A stretch of DNA of 64,000 nucleotides. Source: the human T2T-CHM13v2.0 reference genome, Homo sapiens. The stretch is taken from NCBI RefSeq assembly GCF_009914755.1, contig NC_060928.1; one strand, given 5' to 3'. This document shows positions 13,570 through 27,348 of this stretch, one piece after another. The position numbers were made by a program, and so were the translations under genes. The number at the start of each line of letters is the position of its first letter. Position 1 is the first letter of the stretch. The notes under the pieces were generated by a model. That model had not been told where the DNA came from, did no database searches, and was given only the letters and a program-made list of their open reading frames with translations.

Positions 13570-13793
13570 CTAGATTTTTACTCTCCAATATGGTAGCCAT
13601 GAGTTCATGTGGCTACTTAAATATAACTTAAAATTAATTAAACATTTAAAAATGAATAAAAATTAAGTTCCTCAGTTGTACTAGTCACATTTTTAAGTTC
13701 TCAGTAGCCACATGTGGCAAACGGCTACCATATTGGACAGTGCAGATTTAGAACATTTCCATCATCACAGAAAGGTCTGTTGGGTGGTGCTGC
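13570..13793. mobile_element. MER3 hAT-Charlie DNA transposon
   Basis: Internal inverted repeat tccaatatggtagcc...ggctaccatattgga and 'gaacatttccatcatcacagaaag'. Confidence 0.85.
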
Positions 13794-14132
13794 TCTGAAT
13801 GCCTGACAAATATTCTCTTGTGAAAGAAATTACTGCATTGGTGAATCACTGGAGGCATTGCAATGTGAAGTTATTTCTTCCATGACGCACATAAAGTGGA
13901 ATATAACTAAGACTCAGCTCCAGAGGTGCCTAATTTCTAATGTCTGGGCTTTGTTTCCCTAGACCACACTACTTTCTATTTTCAGTTTGATGGTGGATCA
14001 TTGTTCTTCAGTCATTTGAATCAATAACACTACAGTCTAACTTTCAACACAATAAGTATGCTTCTTGTTTCTGAAGCCTCTGCCAAAGAGGTTATTTAGG
14101 GCATTGTTGCATGGAGGAGGACAATGGACTAA

Positions 14133-14466
<334 letters not shown>

Positions 14467-15501
14467 TAAAAGTATCTCTCTGTGTCACACACACACATAA
14501 CACACACATACACCTTGTGTATTATAATTCTTCCTCTATTGCTAACTGCTGTGCAACATTAAGGAAACCGCATGAACATTCTTCACTTCCACTTCCTTAA
14601 CAAAATGTGGATCCTATGGCCAGGCTATTACTCAAATCACCAGACTTGAGATGCAGACTAGGAAGGGCTGCACTAGTGTGAGCTGTTACTATTGTTCTTC
14701 CTCTTCCATCATCACACTTCTGCCTTCTCCCAAGCACCGCAGGCTTCTGCTTCCTTGCCCAGGAACTGTCCTTGTAGCAAGAACTATAAACAGCAACGTG
14801 AAACCTACTTATAGGCAGATGAAAAGCAGATGCTGGAAGCCAGCAGGAAGTGCTCACCTGGGAGCCTGTGTTTCAAGCTTCAGAGGCAGACCTTTGCTAT
14901 AGCTAGAAGTGAAGCCACAGTGAAGGGGGCCTTGTGGTAGCTGCCTCTGGAAGCTTGCCCAACCCTCAACCGCTGAGCATGTCAGGGCTATTTTTCATGT
15001 AAAAAAATTAAAGCATTGGATCAGAATGTAGGATTTTTGCCTTGGGTGTGTTTTAGCTGTGGGAGAATACAGGGAGTCATGTTTAAAGTTTCTAGCATGA
15101 TTTCGACCCTTAAGTAGAGAAGAACAGGCCTCCTGAGGGACAGTTGGAGGGAGGCTGGGAGTTTTGCTTGGGGTGTGGGGAGGCTTACTCAGTGGGGTTT
15201 CACAGGCCTCCTGGGGCTGGAGGACTGGTATGAAAGGGATGGGGAGTGGGAATGTTGTTACTGGGGTTTTGCTGGTTGAAGCAGTAGCCTCAGTGGAGGT
15301 AGAGAGACAGCAGGTGGTTCCCATCATTGGGGTTTCTAATAATCTGGGTCTGCACTAAGGATGCAGAATGACTTCAGCAGGAAGAGGAGCTTATGTGGAG
15401 TGAAGGGTAAACTGCAGAAAATACTCTCACTCCAGTGGAGACCCCATTGCCCTTGGGATAGAATCCAGACGTTATGCCAAGACTGTAGTGGATACTGTAC
15501 T

Positions 15502-15600
15502 GTGATGTGCTGCCCAGAACCCCTTTGGGACTAAGAGATGTATTCCCCCAGTTGCTGGGAGTGCTGCATATAGACAGCTCTTAGCTTTCAGACCTCTTCT
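15502..15600 (+). mobile_element. LTR16-like 5' fragment
   Basis: 'tgtgatgtgctgcccagaacccc...ttcccccagttgctgggagtgctg' resembles the LTR16 start. Confidence 0.55.
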
Positions 15601-15698
15601 TCTGAATGAATAAGTGAGTAAACACATAAATGACAAAAATGCATCCTTCAAGTACATCATCCATTAACTTGGCACTCTCAAAAATACAACTCTCCTAC

Positions 15699-16061
15699 TG
15701 ATATGGTTTGGCTGTGTCCCTACCCAAATCTCATCTTGAATTGTAGCTCCCATAATTCTCACGTATTGTGGGAGGGACCCGGTTGGAGATAATTGAATAA
15801 TGGGGGTGGTTTCCCCCATACTGTTCTCATGGTAGTGATTAAGTCTCATGAGATCTGATGGTTTTACAAAGGGTTTCCCCTTTTGCTTGGTTCTCATTCT
15901 CTCTTGCCTGCCACCATGTAACGTGTGCCTTTCTCCTTTCCACCAGGATTGTGAGGTCTCCCCAGCTATGTGGAACTGTTAGTCCATTAAACCTCTTTTT
16001 CTTTATAAATTACCGAGTCTCGTGTATGTCTTTATCAGCAGTGTGAAAATGGACTAAAACA
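15699..16061 (+). mobile_element. THE1 (A-C type) MaLR solo LTR
   Basis: tgatatggtttggctgtgtcc...ggactaaaaca, 363 bp; perfect 5-bp TSD CCTAC at 15694-15698 and 16062-16066. Confidence 0.95.
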
Positions 16062-16569
16062 CCTACCTAATGTATGAGAAACAAACTGTGTAAGTCAATT
16101 TCAATAAAGGCAAAGGCATAAATCAAAGTAAAAATAAATACACAAATTGGACATACATAGCATCCTTTACTATTTTCAGCATACACTGCCATACACACTC
16201 TTACTTCATCTCCAGTTCCACCTGCCACATGTCTGACAAGTCTCAGAATTGTGCTGCATCATGCAGAGATGGCCGAGATATTGCACTTGCCCTCAGGGAG
16301 CTTCTGATTGAAAGGCCAAGGCAACAGGAAACAATGCAAAGGAGAGAAAACAGGCACAGAGAGGATGTTCCTTGAGGTTCAGAGAATAAGGAACATTTTT
16401 TTTCTGGAGAGTCATTTAATTTATACCCTAAAGGTAGACCAGTTGGGGAGAGGAGGTCTTTCTAGGCAGAGTGGACCATAAGGATAGAAGCAGGGAGGAA
16501 AGAATGAGGAGAGAGAAGACAGAATGAGCATTAGAAAGAAAAACCTGGTCATCTGTCTGTGCTAGTGCA

Positions 16570-16890
16570 TCTTGGACCTGTATGCATGTGGGTAAGTCAT
16601 GAAAACTTTGCCCTGCAGTTTCCTCATCTATATGCCAAAAAAGGGGGAAAAATAAAACAATGTAAACAACAATGACCCAACCTAACTCACTGGGTGCACT
16701 GTCATTTAATAGCTGGGTAGCTGGGAAAGTCATCTAACTTCTTTAATCCTCCATTGTCTCAACTCTAAAATGGTAATAATTATGTTTGCCCTAGAATTCC
16801 TTTAGAGCTTCTGGGAAGGGTATGTAAAATAGTGAACACTGATGGTCATTTCAAATGTTAAATGCTTCAAAGCCATAAGTCGCCATTTTT
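16570..16890 (+). mobile_element. Two adjacent MIR fragments
   Basis: 'cagtttcctcatctat' and 'ctctaaaatggtaataat' MIR cores. Confidence 0.55.
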
Positions 16891-18334
16891 TAATGCTTAT
16901 CTTAGTTGGTATTTGGTAAATCTGTATTGATGGATGACAGATGCATCTACCTAGAACAAAACAGGCTATATATACGCACACATACAGACAGACAGACAAA
17001 TGGAAAAATAGACATGATACTTAAAACCGTGCGGTTCAGTTTCAGGATGTAAGTGTTCTGGGTCTTGGCTGTGTGTGACCCTCGCCTTCACGTTTTGTCT
17101 GCTGGCTGTGTTTCTAAATTATGTCACCTGGAAAAGAATGAATCTTCCTGGAAGTTACAAATAGTTCTTTATATTTACTCCTCCCTGTGATGGCTGCAGA
17201 GAAAGAAGCTCATATGACTTCACACTCATGAGATACCATCTTCAGTTTCTGTTCAACTTTTAATCAATTGCTCTAGCAATAATCAATTAACAGAATGTCT
17301 CTTGGATGTCTACTCTGAACCGGGGTTGGTGTTATATACTTGGGATGCATAAAATAATGACCAAGAGAGACACAGTCCTTGTCCTGATGATGCCTACAGT
17401 TCAGAAGTAAGAAAATAGTCTATCATGGTTGCCTGATAGTGACTGTTTTCCTTTCTTTTGCCTGCTGCTTCTATCTCATAACTTCCTGCTTCCACAAGGA
17501 TAGGTGCTGAAGTGACAAAGGAGAATACACTGGGAAGAAGATATGCAGCCACGCTCAGGCGCATAATAACAGAGGATTGGTACAGGGTGGATGAGGGAGG
17601 GGCTACGCCAGTATCCCCACTCTCACACATGAGACTGTCACACTATCACACTTTCTAATATACCCCCAGTCAGAGTTCAAAATTAGTTTATGCCAAAATA
17701 CCAATTCAGTTGTAAACTCTCAGTGTCACAAATACATGTCCAAATGTCCCAGAGGGAAATTCCACCATGACATCTTTGGGCCCAAACCACATCAAATATC
17801 TTATGTTCCTCAATTATTTTATGCTCTTAGATGGTTTATAACTGTAGTTCCCTAGATCATGTTACATGGAAATTCCTTTTCTCTATTGTGAATCTCAGTG
17901 AGCTTGCCTATGCATGCAGGCCTGAAACTGATTTTTGAAGAAAGGGCTAGAGAAAATCAAAGTGTTCTGCATAATATGGAGACGAATTTGGGCAACATGG
18001 GGCAAGGGGGCAAGAAGGATACCTAGTGAAGGGAGAAAGGGGAGCCCGTGGAATGTCAGGAAGCTGAGTATGGCTCATACTGAGGGGCGGAGCCTCGTGG
18101 GAAGTAGTCACAAGGAATGAATGTGTCTGTTGGGTGATTTAAGTTGTTTCAGGTGTAGAGCATATTTCCATTCAGTATTACTCCCAAATCTTCAGGCACA
18201 AGCTTTGCTTTATATACAAAGACAAAGCTTTGCTTGTCTTGGTTATTGCTATAGTGGGAGGGGAGGACAAAAGAGCAATGATTGCTCATATTTATTTAGG
18301 TGCCTTCATAATAACTGACAACTGTTCTTTCTAG

Positions 18335-18530
18335 GTGTTTGGTTCTCTCCTACCACATTCCATGTATGGACTTGGTTAAACCTCACAACTGAAAAATATG
18401 GTGCTGTTATTATCTCCATTTTATAGATGAGAAAAGTGAGACACACTGAGGTTTGGTCGCATGTAAATTCTTTCCCAGCTAGTAGAAGGCAGAGCCTAGG
18501 TTTGAGCTCAGGTGGTCTACACTGTGCAAC
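18335..18530 (-). mobile_element. MIR
   Basis: 'ttattatctccattttatagatgagaaaagtgag...agctagtagaaggcagagc'. Confidence 0.75.
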
Positions 18531-18544
18531 CCAGAATATAGTAG

Positions 18545-18768
18545 AGGCTCAGGCAGAAGAACAGGGTGAGACACATGAGGCCCTTGCATTGATAGCAAAA
18601 TTTAAGAGGGCACCAAACAATGTCAGTAATGAAAATGAATGCAATATTTAAAAAATAACATTAATGCAAACAATTCATAATAAAAATCAAATTTTAAAAC
18701 AAAAACAGGATCCGTATTACTGATTTTCCTTTTCTCACTGACTTCAATATGGCTCAGCAAGAAATTGA
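18545..18768. mobile_element. hAT-Tip100-class DNA transposon fossil (Arthur1/MER69-like, tentative)
   Basis: 'gcaaaatttaagagggcacc...caggatccgtattactgattttcc...caatatggctcagca'. Confidence 0.55.
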
Positions 18769-19676
18769 GTGAAGTCAGTTTTTCTGCTGCTTCTCAATTC
18801 CTGCCCTGCACTCTGAACCAGAGATATTTATAAGAGGATACTTATGCTGGGGATTCATATACTTCTTAAGTAGGACTTCAAATTTCTACAAAGAATGAAA
18901 AGGGCGTTTATGCCAATCTTAGCTAGATCTCAAGGCTTAGAAGATCCCAGTTCATAGCTGGGTAAGCATCCGGTGTCTTCCTGCACTTGCACATACTGTT
19001 TGCTCTTTCTGTGATTGAATCTTGAAATACATTTATGGGTTGACCTGGAGTCATTAAAGGAAGTGGGGTGAATAGTGAAAATAAATACTTATTCCAAAAA
19101 GCCTTCCCTGATCTCCTTCCTCTCTGGGATTCCACTCCAGCCTTAGGTAGCTGTCCCCTGCAATGTCAAGCATCCATCTTATGTCTCAGCCTTGAGCTTC
19201 GCTGCCTCTAGCAGCTAATAGTATGATGTGAAGACATAAATGAATAATGATGGACAGAGGGAGACATTTCATGTCACTGTCCCCAGAGTCTAGTCATTGC
19301 CCAGCCCATACTATAGAGCTCACTAAATGCCTGCAAAGTGAATAAATGTGCTTTAAGAGAACTTTTAACCCTATTGTTTTGAGATTCTATACTCATCCTG
19401 AAATATCCATTCCTCTCCTTTCGGAGGGTAAGAACCTTATAAATCTCCATGCTTAAATAGAAATGACACAAGTGCTTAAGTCAGATAGACAGGAATTTAC
19501 ATACTTAACTGCCTAATCATTTACTTTAAATATAATAATATATTTAATCTTATTCAATATTTAAGATTAGCTTATACCATAATATATGTACCAGGTACAT
19601 AGTAGGTACTTACAAAATGGCACATATGCACACATAGATAAACATTCATTAAAACTGTATGTGTAGACACCTCCTT

Positions 19677-20222
19677 TGAAGAGAAGTTGGTTAATGGGTA
19701 CAAAAATACAGTTAGATAGAAGAAGTAAGTTCTAGTATTCAAGAGTACAGTAGGGAAATTAGAGTTAACAATAATTTATTGTATATTTCAAAGTAGCTAG
19801 AAGAGAAGAATTTTAATGCTCCCTACACAAAGAAAAGATAAATGTTTGAGGTGATGGATATCCCAAATACCTTGATTTTTTAATGGGCTTGTGAATTCTA
19901 TTTATGTATCCAAGTAGATGCCCATTATTTATTAAGGAAAAAGGGCAGCTACAAAAACATATGAACAGTAAAATCCCAATTTTGCAAAATATGATTTATA
20001 TATGGGGGTAATCTAACATTATGAATGGAAGAAAGCCTGGAAAGAAATAACACCAAAATGTTAACAATGGTGGGTGAGCAAGTTATGGAGGAATTTAATT
20101 TAAATTTCAATTTGAGTGTGGGTATGTGAATTACCTTGATTTGACCATTATGCCTTGTATACCTGTATCAAAATATCACCCATACTCTCAAAATATGTAA
20201 AATTATTATATACCAATTAACA
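19677..20222 (+). mobile_element. L1MA-type 3' end, split by a ~250-bp insertion (19879-20128)
   Basis: 'gttggttaatgggtacaaaaatacagttagatagaag...gaggtgatggatatccc' resumes at 'ccttgatttgaccattatgccttgtatacctgtatcaaaatatcac'. Confidence 0.85.
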
Positions 20223-21624
20223 AGTTTGAAAAATTTTCAAATTCTAATTTCATTTCCATTAACTTGAACGCTTCTTTTAAATAAAACACAACCCAAAAGA
20301 GAACTAAAGGCTGAATTTTGTAAGGTTAAGGTTTATTTTTAAATCCAGAGAGCTTTGGCATTTTAAGGGTCAGTCTATGTTACTTATGTGTCAGCTCAGG
20401 AAATAGACCCAAGATTTGATGTGCAAAGAGAAATGGCCTGATAACGGGTTTCCAAGACATATTATCAGCTTTGGAGCAGATGCGTCCAAGAAAATTCATT
20501 TTGCCAGGAAGAAATTCCTCAGTGCCAGTGAAACTGGCCTGTGAAAGACAGAAATGGAGAAGACAGAAGTGGGCCACCAAGCTGTGTGCTTCTTGGCACA
20601 GAGTGCGACGTCCCAGCCACACTGCAATCAAGATAGAGAAGGGCTTTCTTCTCTCACCTGCTCTTTTTTTTTTCCCTTGTATGTAAGCCTGAACATAATC
20701 ATGGGTAAATGTAACTGCCTATATTCCGCAGGAGAGCAAACACCCACATTCAAACCATTATTCTTAACTATTCATTATCCCTTAAGATCAACTTTATGCA
20801 CATGTTCCTAGAGCAACTCTGTGAACAAACTGTGCATGATTTCACAGCCATAGATTTGGCAACAGGAAGAAATTGCTGAACCAAGACTTTTGCTGTTAAG
20901 ACTCCACTGAAGAAATATGTGTTCAAGACAGCCTATCCTTGGGTAGGTTTTTGCCACATTCTTTTTGTTGCCATCACTGAACATTGTATACATCTCTATC
21001 CTTGTGTTTCCCAGGCGATGCTGTCATTTGTGTGCCTTCCAGACCCCCATAGACTTTCATATACTCAGGGATAGGGGCTGAGTCTTACTTCATTAACCCC
21101 TACTAAGTGGGTCCAGTCTCTATGTGATACAGAAATCATAGCTCATCATAGGCTGGCCCTGAAGTTACCACAAAAACTTGTTATGTATCAAGAGATCATT
21201 CATTTTCTCAACCATTTCCCTCTGTGACTATCTGGTGAAAAGTGGGGACTTAGTACCTGCTATCACAGAATCTCAGGCTTGTTGGAGGTCCTTGGACATT
21301 TTCAGTTTCTGTCTTCTATATTATTACTTTTTATGAGGCATCTGAGCTGGTGGATTTTGAAGTCTTTGAAGACTGGGAAATAGTTATACATGAGTCTCCT
21401 TTGGATTTTGAGTTCTGCCAGCAGAATCTGTTCATTTTCTTTTATTTGTTGAAATTAATTCCAGTGAAGAACAAGAAGGGAATTTAAGACATAGCTTTTT
21501 GGAGTTGGAAGAGCACTTATTTTATGGACATATGATTGAGCTCTGACTTGTAGAAAAAGAAGTCATATTAAATCCACCTAGGATACAGATATGAGATTCT
21601 TATTAGCAGTTCAGGGAGGGAAGT

Positions 21625-21930
21625 ACTCTATATTAAGTAACCACTATGTCCTGGGTGAGGCCTTTCCTATATATCCAAGTAATTCCAAGAGGTAGGCATT
21701 TTGATCACTATTTTACAGAGGGAAAACAAACTGTAAAAAAAATGTTTCACTTGTTCATTCAGCTGACCCATGAAAGACACTATTGTAGGTGATGGCTATG
21801 CAAGACCGATAAACATAGATATATTATGCCCTAAGTCCCATAGATGCTCCTCCTCTTATCCTCAGAAAGTTGCCATAGATTCTGAATTGAAACCGGGATT
21901 TCCAGATTCTAGGTCAGTGCTCATTCCACT
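21625..21930 (-). mobile_element. MIR (interrupted)
   Basis: 'ctattttacagagggaaaac' and 'gaattgaaaccggg...gattctaggtcagtgctc'. Confidence 0.55.
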
Positions 21931-24756
21931 ACAACTAATTGTGTCAAATCCACTGATTTCACTGTGACTCATCTCTGGACACTAACAGACCCTGAAGATT
22001 CACCTTCTACATAGGCTGGAAACCAGAAAAAATTGGAATCATGCCTCGTATTTCACTTGCATCCTGGTGTTATAGGACAGACTCCCTATCTTTTTACTGA
22101 TATTCTTAGCTAAATATCTCAATGTACAAGTTACCACGTAATGAGATACCTCATATTTATAGTCCTTTTGAAGTGATTAAGACCTTTCCCATGTACTATC
22201 TCAAGTGGCATCAGGGGACCAGTCTTGTGAGACATATATTATTATCTCTTTTATGTAATAGATGAAACTGACCAATTTATCTGTGTCTCAAATGCTATTA
22301 TATGCTGGAGCTGTTATTGTCTTAGGACTCCAAGATCAAAGAACTAAAAATTAAGTGTCATGCAATGCCACATATTTCTCATGTGCTTTACATACATTAT
22401 ATCATGTAACTCTTATCTAGCAGAGAAAAGATTGGAACTGTGGTCTGGTTTATTTCAAGGCTTAATCTCTTCTCACATAATCTCTTGTCACAGCAGCCAT
22501 AGTCATCTATCTTCATGATCAAATGTTCTGCTACTTCAAGCATGGTCATATGAAAGATGGTGGAGAAAATTGGTAGAAGTTATAGTATTTCTTTTTCCGA
22601 TGAAGAAATCCAAGGCTTACAGAGTAAAGGTTTTGCCTGGGTTCACAGAGCTTGTGAAAGGTGGAGAGAAAATGAGGGCTCTGGCTTTCTGGTTCTGAGT
22701 CAATGGTTTCCCCTTTGTTCCATTCTTCTAGACATTCATGCCCAAAGCTTGAAAGAACACAGAAGCTCAGTACTAATAAAATTCTTCTCAAAGTTATCTC
22801 AATCATCTCATGCATCTTATCGACTTCACATTTCCCTGACAATGAGAGGGTCAGTGCTCATTCCACTCTTTCATCTCTCAAACCAGGGAGATCTGGTTTT
22901 TGCATCTTAATATATAGATTAGCCCTTGAATCCTTTATCTCTGAAGATTAAATCTATTGAGATAATGTATTTGAATAGGAAGAGCACAAAGTTTGGCATG
23001 CAGTAAGAGCTTAATTCATGCTCGTTGAAGGTGCCTTTGTAAAACGTTAGTGAATCACGTTAAGCAAAGAACAGATGTGTTACTTTTCTTTACGTAAAAA
23101 TAAGAGCACCAATGATTGAATGAAAAACGTAAAATCCTACTTCCTTCTATTTTAACTATAATTTTATTAAAATAAAAAAATTGAATTCCACAGGGAGAAT
23201 ATTGTTTATTTCTTGTAGCATAATAAACAGATATCATGATTAACCTTCAATAGCAAAGTTTTTTAAGCAACTAATTTTCAGTTAATAGATGCCAAAAGCA
23301 GGGACTATTCAGAGAGAGTCCAAAATCTAAATGAAGGTGAATAAAGATGAGAACCTAGAAAGAGAAGCAAAGAACTGAAATCGCTTTCTCCTTGGTTGCT
23401 TTGCCAACACAGAGGAAAATGGCCTTTAATTTTCATGGCCTGGCAGAACATGGGAGACTTGATACAAAGCTCACATATTCTACACTGTGGAATAATCTAG
23501 CAGAAGAGTGATGGAAAGGAGTCTAATAGGAGGCCCACCTGTGTGTAAAACTGGCCCCTAAAGAGCTGCTCTCTCAGGGTAAGGGTGAACTAGAAATAAG
23601 CCTACCTCTCTACTCTCAAACATTGATACTTAAGGGACAAAATTTCCTCCTGAGAATTAACAAATATGCATGGGATTCCAGCCTAGATTGTCTAGAAACC
23701 TTCAATCTGAGTAATGTAAGGAAGGCCTGTTTTAATAGTTCCTTTAGGCACCCCACAAAACAAATACAAATTTTCTCTGGGGGAGCACAATTTCAACCCA
23801 GGCCTCAAAGAATTCCCATGGGTTAATTTGTAAGAAATATGAGCAGGCAGACAAAATAAAAAAAAAAATGCTTCAGATAACAGCAGCAAAGTGAGAACTA
23901 GAAGAAATGACAGACAACAGGATTAGCTGTTCAGTCTAGATATTAAAACTAGTGGACAAATGTTACAGTCATATATCCATTAGTGGACACATGAACAAAG
24001 TGTACATATTATGTTTAACTAAGGAAAAGGAACTTTCATATAAAAAATAAAAGTGAGACATAAAAATGATCAAGTAGATTTGTGAAAAAAATTATATTAT
24101 AGTTTTAATACAGTTTAGACACAAATAAAGATACTTAACTCATTAACTGATATGTAAATCCTTAAAATGCATCATTCAGCATTCAGGCTAGAGTGAAGAA
24201 ATAGAAACTCTGAATGAAAGGTTGGGAGATGAAGGCTAAAACATGACGGTCTAGTATACATCTAATCAAAGTTTCAGAAAAAGATGGGAAAGAATGAGAG
24301 GAAAAAATACTCAAAGAGATAATGACAGAGTATTGAGAAATAGTGAAAAACAACAAAATAGAGAATCAGGATATCCAACGTATCCAAAGCAGGTTAAATA
24401 AGAAAAAACTCACATCTATCCATATTATAGTAAAACTACAGAAAACCAAAAAACATAGAGAAGATTTTAAAAGCATCCAGAGAGAAAATAAATATTGCCT
24501 TCAAAAGCTTTTATTTTTCATTAATACCTGTTGTTTGCCAAAGGGAATAAGAAATAAGTTTATGAGTCTGAGAGAAAACAACCGTCAATCTGAAATTATA
24601 TGTCTAATAAATTCTAATGAAGTTATCATTGTAAGAAAATAAAGGCTTTTTTAGCATTAAAAAGTCTTTTCTTACTATATGCTTTCATTTAAAAAAAATT
24701 CCAAATTTTGTTCTTCATACTGAAAAATGCAATCCTCAATGGAAGGTTTGACATAT

Positions 24757-25520
24757 AAAATTTGCAATCTATGCATCTGGCAAAAGGCTAATATCCAGAA
24801 TCTACAAGGAACTTAAACAAATTTACAAGAAAAAAAAACAAACAACCTCATGAAAAAGTAGGTAAAGGATATGAACAGACACTTCTCAAAAGAAGACATT
24901 TATGCGGTCAACAAACATGAAAAAAACCTCATCATCACTGGTCCTTAGAGATATGCAAATCAAAACCATAATGTGATACCATCTCACATCAGTTAGAATG
25001 GCGATCATTAAAAAGTCAGGAAAGAACAGATGCTGAAGAGGATGTGGAGAAATAGGGACGCTCTTACACTGTTGGTGAGTGTAAGTTAGTTCAACCATTG
25101 TGGAAGACAGTACGGCAATTCCTCAAGGTTCTAGAACCAGAAATACCATTTGACCCAGCAATCCCATGACTGGGTATATACCCAAAGGATTACAAATCAT
25201 TCTACTATCAAGACACATGCACACATATGTTTATTGCAGCACTATTCACAATACCAAAGACTTGGAACCAACCCAAATGCCCATCAATGATAGACTGGAT
25301 AAAGAAAATGTGGCACATACATACCATGGAATACTGTGCAGCCATAAAAAAGGATGAGCTCATGTCCTTTGCAGGGACATGGATAAAGATGGAAACAAAC
25401 ATTCACAGCAAACTAACACAGTAACAGAAAACCTAACTCCGTATGTTCTCACTCATAAGTGGGAATTGAACAATGGGAACACATGGACACAGGGAGGGGA
25501 ACATCACACACTGGGGCCTG
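24757..25520 (+). mobile_element. L1PA (PA7/8-like) fragment: ORF2 C-terminus plus part of the 3'UTR, 3'-truncated
   Basis: ORF 25227-25424 MFIAALFTIPKTWNQPKCPSMIDWIKKMW is the ORF2p C-terminus; L1 sequence stops at 'cacactggggcctg'. Confidence 0.95.
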
Positions 25521-26017
25521 AATTTATGATTTCCTTTGCCAGTTTATTTAGAATAAAGTTGCATGTGCTTTAAAAAATAAATAAATAAAATAAAATATGA
25601 CCAAAGACAAAGAGTATGCTAACTATTTGGGTAAATATTTAAAAGTATTGACTGTTTGAAACATTAATAATAAAAATCTTTAAAAAATTAATTAATAACA
25701 GAATTAAAATTCATGACAGCAGTAGCATATAAATTGTGAGTGATCAGAATTCAGGTGTTGAAAGTTCCATTATTACTCTACAAGACTGTAAATATATCAT
25801 TTAGCTATAGATGTTGATAATTTACTTGTGTATTAAAATATCTATGGAAATCACAAAATAGTAATAGAATATATAATAAACATAAGATAAACTGATAGAA
25901 GTAAAATGGAGTTAGAAAAATACACATACATATATGCACACAAACAACAGGAGATCAAAAAAAAAAGAAACAAAAAGGGGGGTCAAATAGAAAGCAAAAA
26001 ATAAAGTTTAGAGATAA

Positions 26018-26388
<371 letters not shown>

Positions 26389-26839
26389 AAAAGACATTTG
26401 TTTCACTAGATTAAAAATTCTGTATGTTTTTTATAAGATACATACCAAAAATGTAAGAATATAAAAGTGTCAATATAAAATGATATAAAAGATGGAGCAT
26501 TAAAATACTAAAAGAAGCTTGCTTGGTTATTATATTAATGGCAGGCAAAATAAACTCTTCAGGAAAAGATGTTTTTCCCAAGCAGGTCACTACATTACAA
26601 CATAAAAATTAGTTCACCAGGAGGAAATAATAGTTTGAAAATCCTGTTTCAATCATACATGTATTTGCAAATAACTATCAGGAAACAGACAAATTCACAA
26701 TTACTTTAAATGTTTTTAATGCCTGGTCTTTTAATAATTTACAAAATTCTTGTTGATATTTCTATAACACTGCATGCAATTATGGTGGTATCTACCTTCT
26801 TTTCATGCACACATGGAATATTGCAAAAAAATGCCCCTT

Positions 26840-27348
26840 ATATCATTCTACTATAAAGACACATGCACATGTATGTTTATTGCGGCACTGTTCACAACAG
26901 CAAAGACTTGGAACCAAGCCAAATGCCCATCAATGATAGACTGGATAACGAAAATAAGGCACATATATACCATGGAATACTATGCAGCCATAAAAAGGAT
27001 GAGTTCATATCCTTTGCAGGGACATGGATGACACTGGAAACCATCATTCACAGCAAACTAACACAAGAACAGAAAACCAAACAACACATGTTCTCACTCA
27101 TAAGTGGGAGTTGAACAATGAGAACACATGGACACAGGGAGGTGAACATCATACAGTGGGGCTTGTCAGGAGATGGGGGGCTAGGGGAGGGATAGAATTA
27201 GGAGAAATACCCAATGTAGATGACAGGTTGATGGGTGCAGCAAACCACCATGGCACGTGTATACCTATGTGTCATGGGTATACAAAATGTGCAGACAAAC
27301 CTGCACATTCTGCACACGTACTCCAGAACTTAAAGTATAAAAAAAAAG
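26840..27348 (+). mobile_element. 5'-truncated L1PA (PA7/8-like) 3' end
   Basis: KDTCTCMFIAALFTTAKTWNQ remnant, G-rich 3'UTR, 'aacttaaagtataaaaaaaa'. Confidence 0.95.

Noticed and set aside
13580-13740. Long imperfect palindrome as a miRNA precursor
   Set aside because: Explained by the intrinsic internal inverted repeat of MER3
24343-24642. ORF1-like ORF as a domesticated L1TD1-type gene or HAL1
   Set aside because: Short and degenerate, and followed by ORF2-like remnants, so best explained as part of the ancient L1M
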